62,525 nucleotides of DNA. Origin: Carcharhinus longimanus (taxonomy: Eukaryota). Location of the stretch: NCBI GenBank assembly GCA_030264375.1, contig JASCQW010000133.1, positions 44,466,608-44,529,132 of the forward strand, in the 5' to 3' direction. Position 1 is the stretch's first letter, and every line of letters starts with the position of its first letter. Under the pieces are notes generated by a model that was not told the origin of the DNA, ran no database searches, and was given only the letters and a program-made list of their open reading frames with translations. The translations under genes and the position numbers were made by a program. This document shows, piece after piece, positions 49,775 to 62,525 of this stretch.

Positions 49775-51914
49775 TAAAAGCATTGGAGAGAGACAGGATC
49801 AGACAAGTTAGAAGAGTGTTTAATTGGAGTAAGGGTAATTATGAGGCTATCAGGCAGGAAACTGGAGGCTTAAATTGGAAAGAGGTTTTCTCAGGGAAAT
49901 GTACAGGAGAAATGTGGCAAATTTTCAGGGAATATTTTTCTGAAGTTCTGCATAGCAACGTTCCAATGCGACAGGGAAGTTCTGGTAGGTTACAGGAACC
50001 ATGGTGTACAAAGGCTGTAATAAATCTAGTAAAGAAGAAAAGAAAAGCTTACAAAAGGGTCAGAGAGCTAGGTAATGTTAGAGATCTAAAAGAGTATACA
50101 GCTAATAGGAAGGATCTTAAGGAGGAAATTAGGAGAACCAGAAGGGGTCTGGAGAAGGCCTTGGCAGGCAGGATTAAGGAAAACCTCAAGGCATTCTACA
50201 AGTATGTGAACAGCAAGAGGATAAGACATGAAATAATAGGACCTATCAAGTGTGATGGTGGGAAAGTTTGTGTGGAACCGGAAGAAATAGCATGAGGTAC
50301 CTATTGAATACTTTACTTCAGTATTCACTATGGAAAAGGATCTTGGTGGTTGTAGTGCAGACTGAAAAGCTTGAGCATGTAGACATCAAGAAAGATGATG
50401 TGTTGGAGCTTTTGAAAAGCATCAAGTTAGATAAGCCGCCGGGACCGGATGGGATGTACCCCAGGTTACTGTGGGAGGTAGGGAGGAGATTGCTGAGCCT
50501 CTGGCACTGATCTTTGCATCATCAATGGAGATGGGAGAGGTTCTGGAGGACTGCAGGATTGCGGATGTTGTTCCTTTATTCAAGAAAGGGAGTAGAGATA
50601 GCCCTGGAAATTATAGATCAATGAGTCTAACCTCAGTGGTNNNNNNNNNNNNNNNNNNNNNNNNNNNNNNNNNNNNNNNNNNNNNNNNNNNNNNNNNNNN
50701 NNNNNNNNNNNNNNNNNNNNNNNNNNNNNNNNNNNNNNNNNNNNNNNNNNNNNNNNNNNNNNNNNNNNNNNNNNNNNNNNNNNNNNNNNNNNNNNNNNNN
50801 NNNNNNNNNNNNNNNNNNNNNNNNNNNNNNNNNNNNNNNNNNNNNNNNNNNNNNNNNNNNNNNNNNNNNNNNNNNNNNNNNNNNNNNNNNNNNNNNNNNN
50901 NNNNNNNNNNNNNNNNNNNNNNNNNNNNNNNNNNNNNNNNNNNNNNNNNNNNNNNNNNNNNNNNNNNNNNNNNNNNNNNNNNNNNNNNNNNNNNNNNNNN
51001 NNNNNNNNNNNNNNNNNNNNNNNNNNNNNNNNNNNNNNNNNNNNNNNNNNNNNNNNNNNNNNNNNNNNNNNNNNNNNNNNNNNNNNNNNNNNNNNNNNNN
51101 NNNNNNNNNNNNNNNNNNNNNNNNNNNNNNNNNNNNNNNNNNNNNNNNNNNNNNNNNNNNNNNNNNNNNNNNNNNNNNNNNNNNNNNNNNNNNNNNNNNN
51201 NNNNNNNNNNNNNNNNNNNNNNNNNNNNNNNNNNNNNNNNNNNNNNNNNNNNNNNNNNNNNNNNNNNNNNNNNNNNNNNNNNNNNNNNNNNNNNNNNNNN
51301 NNNNNNNNNNNNNNNNNNNNNNNNNNNNNNNNNNNNNNNNNNNNNNNNNNNNNNNNNNNNNNNNNNNNNNNNNNNNNNNNNNNNNNNNNNNNNNNNNNNN
51401 NNNNNNNNNNNNNNNNNNNNNNNNNNNNNNNNNNNNNNNNNNNNNNNNNNNNNNNNNNNNNNNNNNNNNNNNNNNNNNNNNNNNNNNNNNNNNNNNNNNN
51501 NNNNNNNNNNNNNNNNNNNNNNNNNNNNNNNNNNNNNNNNNNNNNNNNNNNNNNNNNNNNNNNNNNNNNNNNNNNNNNNNNNNNNNNNNNNNNNNNNNNN
51601 NNNNNNNNNNNNNNNNNNNNNNNNNNNNNAGAGGCTTTTTCCCAGGGCTGAAATGGTTGCCACAAGAGGACACAGGTTTAAGGTGCTGGACAGTAGGTAC
51701 AGAGGAGATGTCAGAGGTAAGTTTTTCACTCAGAGGGTGATGGGCTGCAGCAACAGTGGTGGAGATGGATTCGATAGGGTCTTTTAAGTACATGGAACTT
51801 AGTAAGATAGAGGGTTACAGGTAAGCCTCGTAACCTCTAAGGTAGGGACATGTTCAGCACAACTTTGTGGGCCGAAGTGCCTGTATTGTGCTGTAGTTTT
51901 TCTATGTTTCTATG
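49775..51914 (+). mobile_element. CR1 (HER1-like) LINE, 5'-truncated ORF2 through tail; RT core hidden in a 989-N gap
   Basis: VFNWSKGNYEAIRQE, KAFYKYVNSKR, DKPPGPDGMYPRLL, ADVVPLFKKGSRDSPGNYR, TRGHRFKV and the tail 'gggccgaagtgcctgtattgtgctgtagtttttctatgtttctatg'. Frameshifted. Confidence 0.93.
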
Positions 51915-53106
51915 CAAAAGTACTTAATTGGCTGTAAAGTGCTTTGAGACACCCCATGGTCATGAAGAGCACAATGTAAATGCACATCTTTCTTTTACCA
52001 GTTTTAATTCCATTGGGGTGAAGATGAATTTAATTAAATTTTGAAGAAAATATCGCAGCCATTTGTGTTTGCTCTTCTCTTGTATTTGTTACTCTGTTTA
52101 AAAATGATTGGACAGGTTGCCCAAAAGCTACAGAATAGTCTATTCAACTTCTTTAATGTAAGATTTACATGACCATGTAGCATACAAGAGACTTTATGCC
52201 TTCTTGTTCTTAAGACAAGGAAGTGCTCCAGATGTAACAGTATTTAAAAGTAGACCAACATTAGTTTTCAACCAGCAAATTGACAAATTTCTTTTGCAGA
52301 GAAATCTGTTAAAGGCCCAGATGGGTAAAGAATGAACTTCTATCACCAGTTTCATATAAATCTAGGATTTATAATTAAGGAACTTCCAATTTTGACCATT
52401 CCTGCCTACTTGACATTTCACTGTCAAGTTCAAGAATGTGGAGGTTATTCTTTTTCCCCAAAAACAAACTCATCAGTTTTGGTTTCTGTGATTCTCAACA
52501 CTTGGTGTCATTTTGTTTCGCATCCTTTTGAACTTGCAATCAAACCCAGTTAAAAATAGGATTGCATGCAGAATTGCTTTGAATATTTTGTTTCTTTTAA
52601 GTATTACACTTTAAATTAAAACATTCTGCATTTTAAAATTCACATTTTAAATTAAAACATTTCACATTTTAATGATGCTATGTTGCTTAGTCAAGATGCA
52701 CATTTCAGATTCAAATTGCATCAGTTCATACTTAACAGAAACCCGCAATTTTACATGACTTCCAAAGAGGAGTCATATGGGATGCGAAACGTTAACTCTT
52801 CCTCTCTCCACAGATGCTGCCAGAACTTGCTGAGTTTTTTCAGTGCTTTTATTTCAGATTCCTTTTTGCTTTTATTATACAGAGACTGGATTAGTCAGCC
52901 AGTCTAAGCCAATCAAGTGAATCCAGTAAATGTCAAAGATCCTTGTATTAAACTGCCCACGATGCCATCGGTTTCAGAGACCGAGATCCATAGCTCCTAA
53001 CTTAAAGCAAGTCTCAACAAATTACAGTGAAATGAGAGAAGTGCAAAGGGAGCATGCAAGCTGTGGATCTGCCATTCAACAATTTCTCTCACCTACCCCC
53101 AGAGTT

Positions 53107-53664
53107 AGGAGTCCCACAAAGCCAGGTTAAAGTCCAAAAAGTTTATTTGGTAGCAAACACCACTAGCTTTTGAAGCGCTGCTCCTTTGTCAGGTAAGTGG
53201 GAGTTCTGGTCACAAACAGGGCATATAAAGACACAAATTCAATTTACAAAATAACGATTGGAATGTGAATCTTTACAGCTAATCAAGTCTTAAAAGTACA
53301 GACAATGTGAGTGGAGACAGCATTAAGCACAGGTTAAAGAGATATGTATTGTCTCCAGACAGGACAGTTAGTGAGATATTGCAAGTCCAGGCAAGTTGTG
53401 GGGGTTACAGATAGCGTGACATGAACCCAAGGTTCTGGTTGAGGCTGTCCTCATGTGTGCGGAACTTGGCTATCAGTCTCTGCTTAGTGACTCTGCACTG
53501 CCATGCGTCGTGAAGGCTGCCATGGAGAACGTTTACCTAAAGATCAGAGGCCAAATGCCCGTGACCGCTGAAGTGTTCCCCAACAGGAAGACATTTCATT
53601 GTCCTGGTATTGACAGGCTTCTTACTTGTGTTTACCCAAGTCCAACACCGGCATCTCCACATCA
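53107..53664 (-). mobile_element. Penelope-like retroelement 3' portion: GIY-YIG endonuclease C-terminus, pLTR and inverted terminal piece, with 14-bp TSD
   Basis: The minus strand reads LPVGEHFSGHGHLASDL*VNVLHGSLHDAWQCRVTKQRLIAKFRTHEDSLNQNLGFMSRY. CTACCCCCAGAGTT is duplicated at 53093-53106 and 53665-53678. Confidence 0.9.
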
Positions 53665-55539
53665 CTACCCCCAGAGTTGCCATGCATATTCCTTTGAGAA
53701 TCGCAGTAATAGGGCGAAACATTAAGGTGCTCCCTTCATTGTCCAATGCTTGTTGAACCAGCCTACTTATTCTTAATTGTCTCTGGAGTGCCTGTTTAAA
53801 CTTGCTAATCTGTTCATTCTACCCAAATGATGAGGTGTTTTCAGTAATGCAAAGCTTCAACACTCTGAAGATAATCACATTGGTTGGTTGTTCAGTCAGA
53901 ACAACTACGAAATGCCATATTATCTGTGTTGTAATTTGCTTTGCAACATGAAATTTTAGAATTAATTATCACCATTTAAAATAGATACACACCATGCCAC
54001 AAAGATCTGAAGTGATACAGCTGATCAAATCTCTAATCACAAAGGAACACCATTGCCTCATCAAGGAATTATTTGCAATCAGAATACTGAGAATCTTGTT
54101 AAGTTGATATTTAACTTGCTATTAAATTGTAATTATGCTTTATACCCAAGACAGTGTATGTCTATATATTAAATTATTATATTTCAACAACAGAAATTGA
54201 TTCATATTTCATAACTTTCAATAAATTTATTTGCGGATAAATGTACCAACAAGTCCCAAGGACTAATAGGTTCCCAAAAAGAAATAATATATTATTTTGT
54301 AAAGCATCTTTCTTGATTTTGAAATACACTGAAGTATTTTATACCAATTACATATTTTTAAAGCGTAATCATAGTGGTAATGTAGAAATCACAGCAGCAA
54401 ATTTATAAGTTCCCACAAACACTTTGTTTGATACTGTGTGACAATGACCTGAACAACTATTCGTCTTTATGCATTTGTGGAATGTAGCTGTCAATAGCAG
54501 GGACATTATTTATTATCCATTTTTAATTGGCCTCGAGAAGATGGAGATGAGCCACTTTCCTAAACTGCATGGTGACATAGTGACGAGGACTGCTGCCTTA
54601 GTGCCCTTGGGTGGCCATCTGTGTGAAGTTTGCATATTTTCCCCATATCTGCATGGGTTTCTTCAGGTGCTCCATTTCCTCCTACAGTCCTAAGATGTGC
54701 AGGTTGGGTTGTTTGGCCATGCTAAATTGCCCCTTGGTGTCCCAAGATGTGTAGGTTAGGGCGATTAGCAGGGTAAAACTTCTGCACTGTAGGTATGCTA
54801 TGAGTCTGAGAGAGGTACGTATACAATGCTGTTAACGACTTTTCAGTGGTAATTTGCTGTAGCATTAGTGATTTGCTAATTTCAGAGGGCAATTAAGAAT
54901 TAACTGAGAGTCTGGAGTCACATGTAGGCCAGACCAGGTAGGGATAACAGATTTCCTTCCCTAAAGGACATTAGTGAATAAGATGGGCTTTTAAAACAAT
55001 TGGGTACTTTACTTACCACCATTGTGGAGACTAGATTTTTAATTCCAATTTTTAGGTGACGTTGGTTGAGGGATAAATATTGGTCAAAAATCTACTTGTT
55101 CTTCTCCAAAATAGTGCAATGGCATTCTTTGTCTCCATTTCCGAGCATCCAAAAGATGAGATCTTAAACAATGCACAGCTACCTCAGCTTTGTGTGTTCA
55201 ATTCTCTGAAGAAGAGCTTGAAACTACTTTCTGACAGAGGAGAGAGAGCTACCTGTGCTGTGACCAACGCCAAAAATTCAAGCCTTGATTTCTTTTTCGT
55301 AGAGTATTCTTAGCAAGAACAGCAATAATGGTGCACAATTGGTTTCAATATGTCAGAGGGAAAAAGCAAAAATTCAATGATTACTGCTCTGCCAGCTACA
55401 TATTTCAAACTGCATTTGGGTTTCAGGTAGAATGGAGCCCTAAAGATGGCCTGCTCCGTCTCCCATCTGACTGGATAACCACATTCAGCAAGCTCAACTA
55501 CACATGGTCAGAGAATCAAAGTTAAACTTAATCTCCAAA

Positions 55540-56330
55540 TCTGGAATGTATGAACCATTTTGGAAAACAATCAGCCAAAACAGAGAACTTGCCCTTGTTG
55601 TCCATTGGCTCAGGCACTTCAACATTGATGTCTCTAACCTGCAAGAGATCTGAAGAACAAGCAAAGGCAGCTGAGGGAAGGTGGTGGTAGTTACACTCCT
55701 TGTGGAGAGAAAACTTGAGGATCATGTGATCCCAATTCTTCTACATGGTTCAGAAACTTGGACTATGTACAGACACCACCTCAAGATCCAGCACAGGTAT
55801 CATCATTGTCTGATATGAATTCAACGGGTGAGCTAGGAGGACAGTGTACTAATATCAGCATCCTTGAAGGACTCCAGAGCACCAACATCAAGACCATGAT
55901 CATCTGAAACCAGCTGCACTGGTGTAGCCAGGAGCTTAGGACACCAGAATCCCAATTTCCAAAACCAATTTGCCAAGCTCAAGGAAGGCTCCCGAACAAA
56001 AGGAGAACAAAGGAAGCACGTCAAAGACACCCTGAAGGCTTTCTTCAAGAAATGCAACATATACATCAATGCCTGGGAGACCCTTGCTCAGAAGAGGCCT
56101 ACTTGAAGAGACCTGCTGACTGTAGGGCCACAATTCTTCGAGAACACGACAGCAAAAGGAGGCCTGGAAAAGCAGCTTCAGAAAGGAATATCAGCAATTT
56201 AAGTCCAAGGACCAATCCCACCTCCTGGAAGCATCTCCAAGTCGGAGATGCGGCTCTAGGATCGGGCACGTCAGCCATGTATGGACCCACAGTGTGTAAA
56301 AAAAAGTGACAGAGTTTCTTTGAACAATCA
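55540..56330 (+). mobile_element. RTE (BovB-like) LINE relic with a large internal deletion
   Basis: The endonuclease N-terminus (WNV*TILEN...ALVVHWLRHFNIDV...QLREGGGSYT) is joined directly to the post-RT region (VIPILLHGSETWTMYRHHLK...GEQRKHVKDTLKAFFKKCNIYINAWETLAQKRPT). Confidence 0.85.
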
Positions 56331-57452
56331 CACATTAGCGAGTGATCACCAAAGACAAAAGACCGTAGTGTTTTCACCCTTCATACTGTGCTTCCCCTTC
56401 TCACTATCAAGTAACACGATAACACTTCCCAGGAAACATCTACATGAAATAGTTCACACATTATAGAACCATACAGCACAACAGGCAGTCAGTCAATCAG
56501 CTCACTGTACCTGTGACTAAAGGATTATCCAATTAGTACCAGGTGCCAGAGTGTGATGACTAGGGATTTTCACAGTAACTTCACTGCAGTGTTAACATAA
56601 GCTTACTTGTGACAATAACAAATAAACTAAAACAGTTCTGCAATATTTTCCTCTTCTAGCATTTATCCAATTCCCTTCTGAAAGTTTAGAATTTCCTTCC
56701 ACCACCCTTTCAAGCTGTGTATTCCAGACTGTAACAACTCAATGCACAAAAAAAATTCTCATCTCCCCTCTGATTCTTTTGGAAACTGCTCCTCCTCAGA
56801 GCTTGTTAGCTAGCCATAGTCTAAATGGGACCATAGCTATCTCTATTAGAGAGATAAGTGGTTTATTAGTTCGAGGGGCACTCTACAAGGCAAGGAAATA
56901 GGCCTGCATGAGCTACATCAGGTGATACAGGGATTGAACCATCAAAACTGATCAAAATTTTGAACAATTCTACTAAATCTCCCCTAAACCTTCTCTGCCC
57001 TAGGAAGAACAATCGCAGCTTCTCTAATTCTGCACATAACTCAAGACCGTCATCTCTCCCATCACTGCAGTAAATTCCATTTGCATTCTTTTAAGTAACC
57101 TGACATCCTTCTGAAAGGATAGTGCCCAGAGTTCTACTAAGTACTTCAGGTTTAGCACAACTTCCTTGATTTTGTACTCTTTGCCTTTATTTTTTACACT
57201 AATGATCTCATGTGCTTTTTTTTTAAAAAGAACAAAGTCAGTTCAACTAGCCCTGCCACCTTCAAATAATTGCACACTTAAACCCTCCAGGTCTCTCTGA
57301 GCTGAGGTCCCTTTAAAATTATACCATTTATTTTATATTTCTGCCCCTCATTGTTCCTATCAAAATACAACACTTCACATTTCTCTGCATTAAATTTTAT
57401 CCGCAGTGTAAGCTCAATTCACTAAGCTATGTCCTCCAGGAGTCTGTTAATT

Positions 57453-57698
57453 TCAAGATGGCGCCAGAGCGAGGGGGCTTCTTGCAAACTGTGCCCAGCA
57501 TACCTTCTAATTCTAGCTTTTACTCTCATTCTATGCTCCTAAAACTTTATTCTAACTCTATTAAATGCTTTAATGCAATATTTTAACATTTTGCACTCTC
57601 TCATTTCCTTCTCAATGAATGATATGCTTTGTCTGTATAGCACGCAAGAAACAATACTTGTCACTGTATGTTAATACATGTGACAATAATAAATCAAA
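57453..57698 (+). mobile_element. Short non-autonomous Rex1 derivative (5' end fused to 3' tail) inside an old minus-strand CR1 (~56635-58150)
   Basis: Starts 'caagatggcgccagagcg' and ends in the Rex1 3' UTR 'catgtgacaataataaatcaaatc'. The host CR1 continues on both sides. Confidence 0.6.
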
Positions 57699-60600
57699 TC
57701 CTCCTTTGCTGTTTATGTTCTGTAATTTCATGCCATTTGCAAACTTTGAAATTACACCTGTACACAGTCATATTGTTAATACATATCCAAAAGACCAGCA
57801 ATCCTAATACAGAACCTTGGGGGATACGTTATATACATATACACTTTTCTCCAGTCTGAAAAGCAAACATTTGCCACTATGTTCTGCTTTCTAACTCTTA
57901 GCAAATTTTGTATCCACACTGTCAGTCATTTTAATCCCATGGGTTTCAGTTTTGCAAATAGTTTTTTTTAACATGATACTTTATTAAATGACTTTTGGAA
58001 GTGCAGATAGATCATTGACCAGGCCACCTCTTTCAAATCTGTTACTTCAAAAGACTCAAATCAAATGTCAGACATAATTGGCCTTCAACAGGTTTGTGTT
58101 GGCTGTCATTTATCAATCATGTTTTGCCAAATGAGTTATTTTTGGTCTGATCTACTGTCTGAAAGGTTTCCTCCATCTGTGTGGTTGGGCTGGTCTCTGT
58201 TGCTTGTTTTGTCAACATTATGAACTAACATCTGTAATCTTTTGTGAATGAAACAATGTAATAATTACCAGGTAACCTGCTTTTATGATATTGCTTGAGG
58301 AATAAGCATTAGCCAGGACATCAGAGGTAACTCCTAGTTTAAGCGACTCCTCTTTTTGGACAGCAAAGTAACATATACAACTCTAGTGCTGTGGCACCAC
58401 AACCCATTTCCAAGGATGACAGAAAACTTGCAGCTAAAGCTTCCACTATTTCCCTTGCCCCTTCAGCAATGCATCCCAGACTTTAATTACTTCTACTCTT
58501 CATTAAGAGACCCCTGCCTCTTCATTCATTTTTATCCAGTCCGATGTCTTCCTACCATCTTATTCACTGTGACGCTGATGATATCCTTTTACTCAGCAAA
58601 GGAATCAGTGTGGTGCAAAATCAGATCCAGTACAAAAACATGTATTTCAGAAACACTGGTCCAGTTTACTAAGGCTGGCTTTGATTCCGGAGTTGCATTC
58701 AGATAAAGAAACAGGATCAAGCCAAGTTGATCGTAAACAGTCCAACTTAATTGTCACTTACCATGTTTTGCCTTTTTTCAAATAAAAACATCCTATTTTA
58801 TTAATTCACTATTATCTGTGATTTTCACAGCTTTCCAATTTATTTTAGCTGAAACTTCACAGAGCCTGGCGCAAAACTTTTTTTTAGGAGATGGATCAAG
58901 CTGTCTTTTTAGAGGAACATTCGAAGTTAATCACACATTAAGTTAACAGTTTATTTTGTATCACAATAATGGTGATAGATTGGTACAGTTTTAGTGTACA
59001 GCTTTTAGCATAATATTAAAAAATGCAGTCAGGCTGCAAGCATATTCCACATTCAGTAATCAAAGAACTGAACACCCATTTTAAAAGGTGTTATATATTT
59101 ATGAATAGTTATTTTTTAAATAAAAGGTTGTCTGCTCCTTTGAAGGGAGATACTGCCTGGTGCTATTGACATACTGTGACATTTAACTGAATCACAGAAT
59201 GCCTGAATACTTTTGACATGCAAGTTGTGTTCAATGGATCAAGAATACAAAGAAAACACAAGGAACTGCTTATTCTAAGCTCACTCTTCTGTGACCCTTT
59301 GCACTGACAAGCAGCAAAAGACTAAACACAGCACATTCAGGGTCAGCTATATAATTGCATTCTACTTGCAGAGGATGTTGGGCAGGAAGGAGAGCAAGTA
59401 GCCTCATTCTAGCTGCACATAAACGATGTCCAAAGTCAAATTAATTCAGAAAGCATTCTCTAATGGCAGGGCAGCAAGTTTTGTATTGCCCATTTTGCCT
59501 AAAAATCATTGTGCAACTTTTGAGAAAACAAGTAGGTTAATTTACTTTATTTAGGCAGTCTTGGTTTTGTTATTTCAAAATTGATTTGTTAAATTGTGGA
59601 AGCATATATGCATGTTGCACTCCTGTGTACATATCTAATGGGATACTACACTTCATTTATGGCACACATCTTTCCTTTTACTTGCATTTTTGTGTATGAA
59701 TCTTTTTCTTTAAAAGATCTATGTCATGCTGCAACAATTGAGCATAATGAACCCAAGTCTGCTCATGTTGCAAAATAAGGTGGGGAAGTAAGCTGTGAGG
59801 AGGATACAAAGAGGCTGTAATGGGATATAGATGGGTTAAGTGAATGGGTTGAATGCAGCAGATGGAATCTGATATGATGTGTGACGTTTAAGTAGGAAAA
59901 AAAATAGAAAAGGAGACTAGTTTCTAAACAGTCACTCCTGCTGCAACCAGAAAGCCATCAGGAGCAACTGCGCATATGCACAAACTGTAACTGTTTGGAA
60001 CTTGGGATATGCACAATTGGCATCAATTTCACTGCAGCAAATAACAAAGAAAATAAATTTATAATTTGCTGGCAACAATTCATTTCAGTTCTCAATCTCT
60101 AATGGGCTCTTAATCTCAATGAGATTTTATGAATGTGTCTTCACCTTATACTGGACCCAGTGTGTTACAGGTCTGTGCAAGGAGCTTTGATGTAGTCTAG
60201 ATAGGAAAGTTCATTATGTAGATAGTAGGACTCTTAATTCCAAGGTCATTGCTTAGAATCTTACATTGATCATTACCCAAATTGCGTTTTTACTGGCTTT
60301 TTTTGACAAAAAGCATTTTCCCTGCAACAGAATATTGCAATCCATAACCCACATTGGAAGTTGAAAACCTCATTTACTGAAATGTTTCGATTATACATCT
60401 TCATCATGAACTGAATCCCAGAAGCATGCTTTACAGAAAGAATAATTGATAAATCATAGTTAGAGTGGATACAAGAACCTGCAACTGGATAAAGGCTGCA
60501 CAGAGCAAAAAAATGGGTAACTTGATCTTTATTGTTAGTCTGTGTCAAGCTAACTTTGTTGCAATGGTGTGAGCTGATGCTGACTGCAACTAAATTTTTG

Positions 60601-61919
60601 CATGAGGCGCTCCCTCTAATGGTGTGGCAGCAATAAACTGCCACTTGTAAATGATGAGAAACAGGGAAATATTGGTATTCAGAATCCTGGATGTCGTTGA
60701 ACATGATCACCGAAAGTTAACGTACAGCATACAGGTACAGCAACCAATTAAGAAAGCAAATAGCATGCTAGATTCTATTACAAAGTGATTGGTACATAAA
60801 AGTGAAGTCTTACTGCAACAGTATAAAGTCATAATAAGGCCACGCTGCAAGTACCGCGTATTGCTTGGGTCTCCTCATCTAAGGATGGATACTTTGCCTT
60901 AGAGGGAGTGCACCAAAGATTCACTAAATTCCTGGGATTGTGAATCTTTTGAATCATCTACCCCAAAAAGCTCAGTTTGTTAAGAATATCCAAAACAGGA
61001 GATTGATAAAATCTTCATTTATATACACTCAAGGAGCTATGGGATATGGGACTAGTGCAGGCATCAGAAGTTGAGATTAAAAATCAGCCACTATCTTACT
61101 CAATGGCATAGGAGGTCCAAATGGTCTGATAATCTATTCCTGCTCCCATTTCGTATGTTCTTAAACTAAGCAAGCCAAGCTACATCAGAAAATCAGTCAA
61201 GCACCATCTTCAACAGTTGAGCATAATATCTAAGTGGTGCCAAGAAAGAGCAATAAGGATTACCCAAGTGTCAAAGGGAGTCCCTTGCTTTGTGAGGATG
61301 CCTTACTAATAAAGGAAGCAAGCTCAAAGGAGGAAACCAATCTGAAATATATTTCAAGTTGGGCCATGATTGCAGATCGAAAGGTTACAAGCACAAACTA
61401 ATATCAGGACAGATGTCAAGAAGCATTGTTTTATGCAGAAAGTGATGAATACAACAACTTGAATTTATATGGAGCTTCACAAAAACAATCGTCTTATGGA
61501 GAAATTTAAAGAGAAAATTCCAGAACTTAAGGCTGAGTTAACCAAAAGCATTGCCATCATTTATGGAGTGATGAATATGCAAAAGGCCAAAATTGGAGGA
61601 ATGCCAAGATCTTGGAGGTTGGTAAATTACAAGATGTCACAAGACTAGGGAGGGTTCAGCCACGGAGGGATCTGAATGGCCTATGCCTACTCCAATTTCT
61701 TATATTTTTAAAACCAGAGGTTATCGATATAAGATAGTCCTGAAAAAGTCAAACAGTGAATCCAGAAGGAAATTCTGAACTTTGACAGTGATAAGCATGT
61801 GAAATCCGCTCCCACAAGTAGTTGAGATGGATAGTATCCAAAAAAAAAATCAAAAATGCAAGTTTTCCAGAATGGTCCTGAAAGCACTCAAATGTTCAGA
61901 TCTCGACATCAAATGTACT

Positions 61920-62525
61920 GAACAAAGAACAAAAAAAAGTACAGCACAGCATCAGGCCTTTAGACCCTCCAAGCCAATCATGATGCCCTAGCTAAAAAAA
62001 ACTTCTGCCCTTACTTGGTCCGTACCCCTCTATACCGAACGAAGAGGAGGAGGAATGAAGAAAATTATAGCACAGGAATAGGAACAGGCCCTTCAAGCCT
62101 GCACTGACCATGCTGCCTGACTGAACTATCACCCCCTACTCTTCCGGGGACCATATCCCTCTACCCCATGTTATTCATGTATTTGTCAAGACTCCCCTTA
62201 ACAGTCTTTATCGTATTTGCTTCCACTACTTTTCCTGGCAGCAAGTTCTAGGCACCCACCACCTCTGCGTAAAAAAAACTTGCCTCTCCTTTAAACCTTG
62301 CCCCTCCTTAAACCTATGCCCCCTGATAACTGATTCTTTCACCCTAGGAAAAAGCTTCTGGCTATCCATTCTGTCCATGCCCTCATAATCTTGTAGACTT
62401 CTATCAGGTCGGTCCTCAACCTCTGTTTTTCCAGTGAGAACAAACCAAGTTTCTCCAACCTCTCCACATGGCTAATGCCCTCCATGCCAGGCAACATCCT
62501 GGTAAATCTTTTCTGTACCCTCTCC
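61920..62525 (-). mobile_element. CR1 LINE 3' fragments
   Basis: Two reverse-complement CR1 tails and an ORF2 C-terminus (RVQKRFTRMLPGMEG) running off the window end. Confidence 0.85.

Noticed and set aside
49471-51793. Longest ORFs in the track (274-438 aa)
   Set aside because: Broken CR1 ORF2, Rex1 UTR read-through and N-run translation; not host genes.
5213-54805. tRNA-like A/B boxes
   Set aside because: All are SINE heads; none forms a complete cloverleaf tRNA gene.
57453-57465. YY1 motif CAAGATGGCG as a gene promoter
   Set aside because: It sits at the 5' end of a Rex1-derived insert inside an old CR1.
60273-60710. 145-aa minus-strand ORF
   Set aside because: Composition looks random, it starts within an antisense CR1 fragment, and it has no domain or splice support.

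Overview
AT-rich, repeat-dense vertebrate genomic DNA from a gapped draft assembly (seven exactly 100-N gaps plus seven gaps of other sizes). The repeat set (HE1/V-SINE, CR1/HER1 LINEs, Penelope-like elements, Rex1, RTE, L2, Deu- and Meta-type SINEs) points to a shark or other elasmobranch. Almost none of the supplied ORFs are real genes. Three convincing coding exons lie on the minus strand: the first coding exon of ACE2 (20060-20242) with a GATA/HNF4-rich proximal promoter; the 90-nt penultimate exon of a glutamate decarboxylase (28211-28300), which the ORF track misses; and an unidentified 201-nt symmetric exon (4584-4784). The GAD and ACE2 exons sit 8 kb apart in one gap-free contig, and I could not find the terminal GAD exon between them, so the linkage is either unusual or a misassembly. 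The most interesting non-coding signals are a minimal hammerhead ribozyme inside a palindromic Penelope relic, a recurring CTA-initiated target-duplication pattern for that Penelope family, two 5'-inverted CR1 insertions, candidate 6-nt and 27-nt microexons, and a TGACA/Pbx-Hox motif cluster. I found no CRISPR array, rRNA, true tRNA gene or prokaryotic system, and no clearly new multi-gene system. Family assignments and human-sequence comparisons come from memory, not database searches, and repeat boundaries are approximate.
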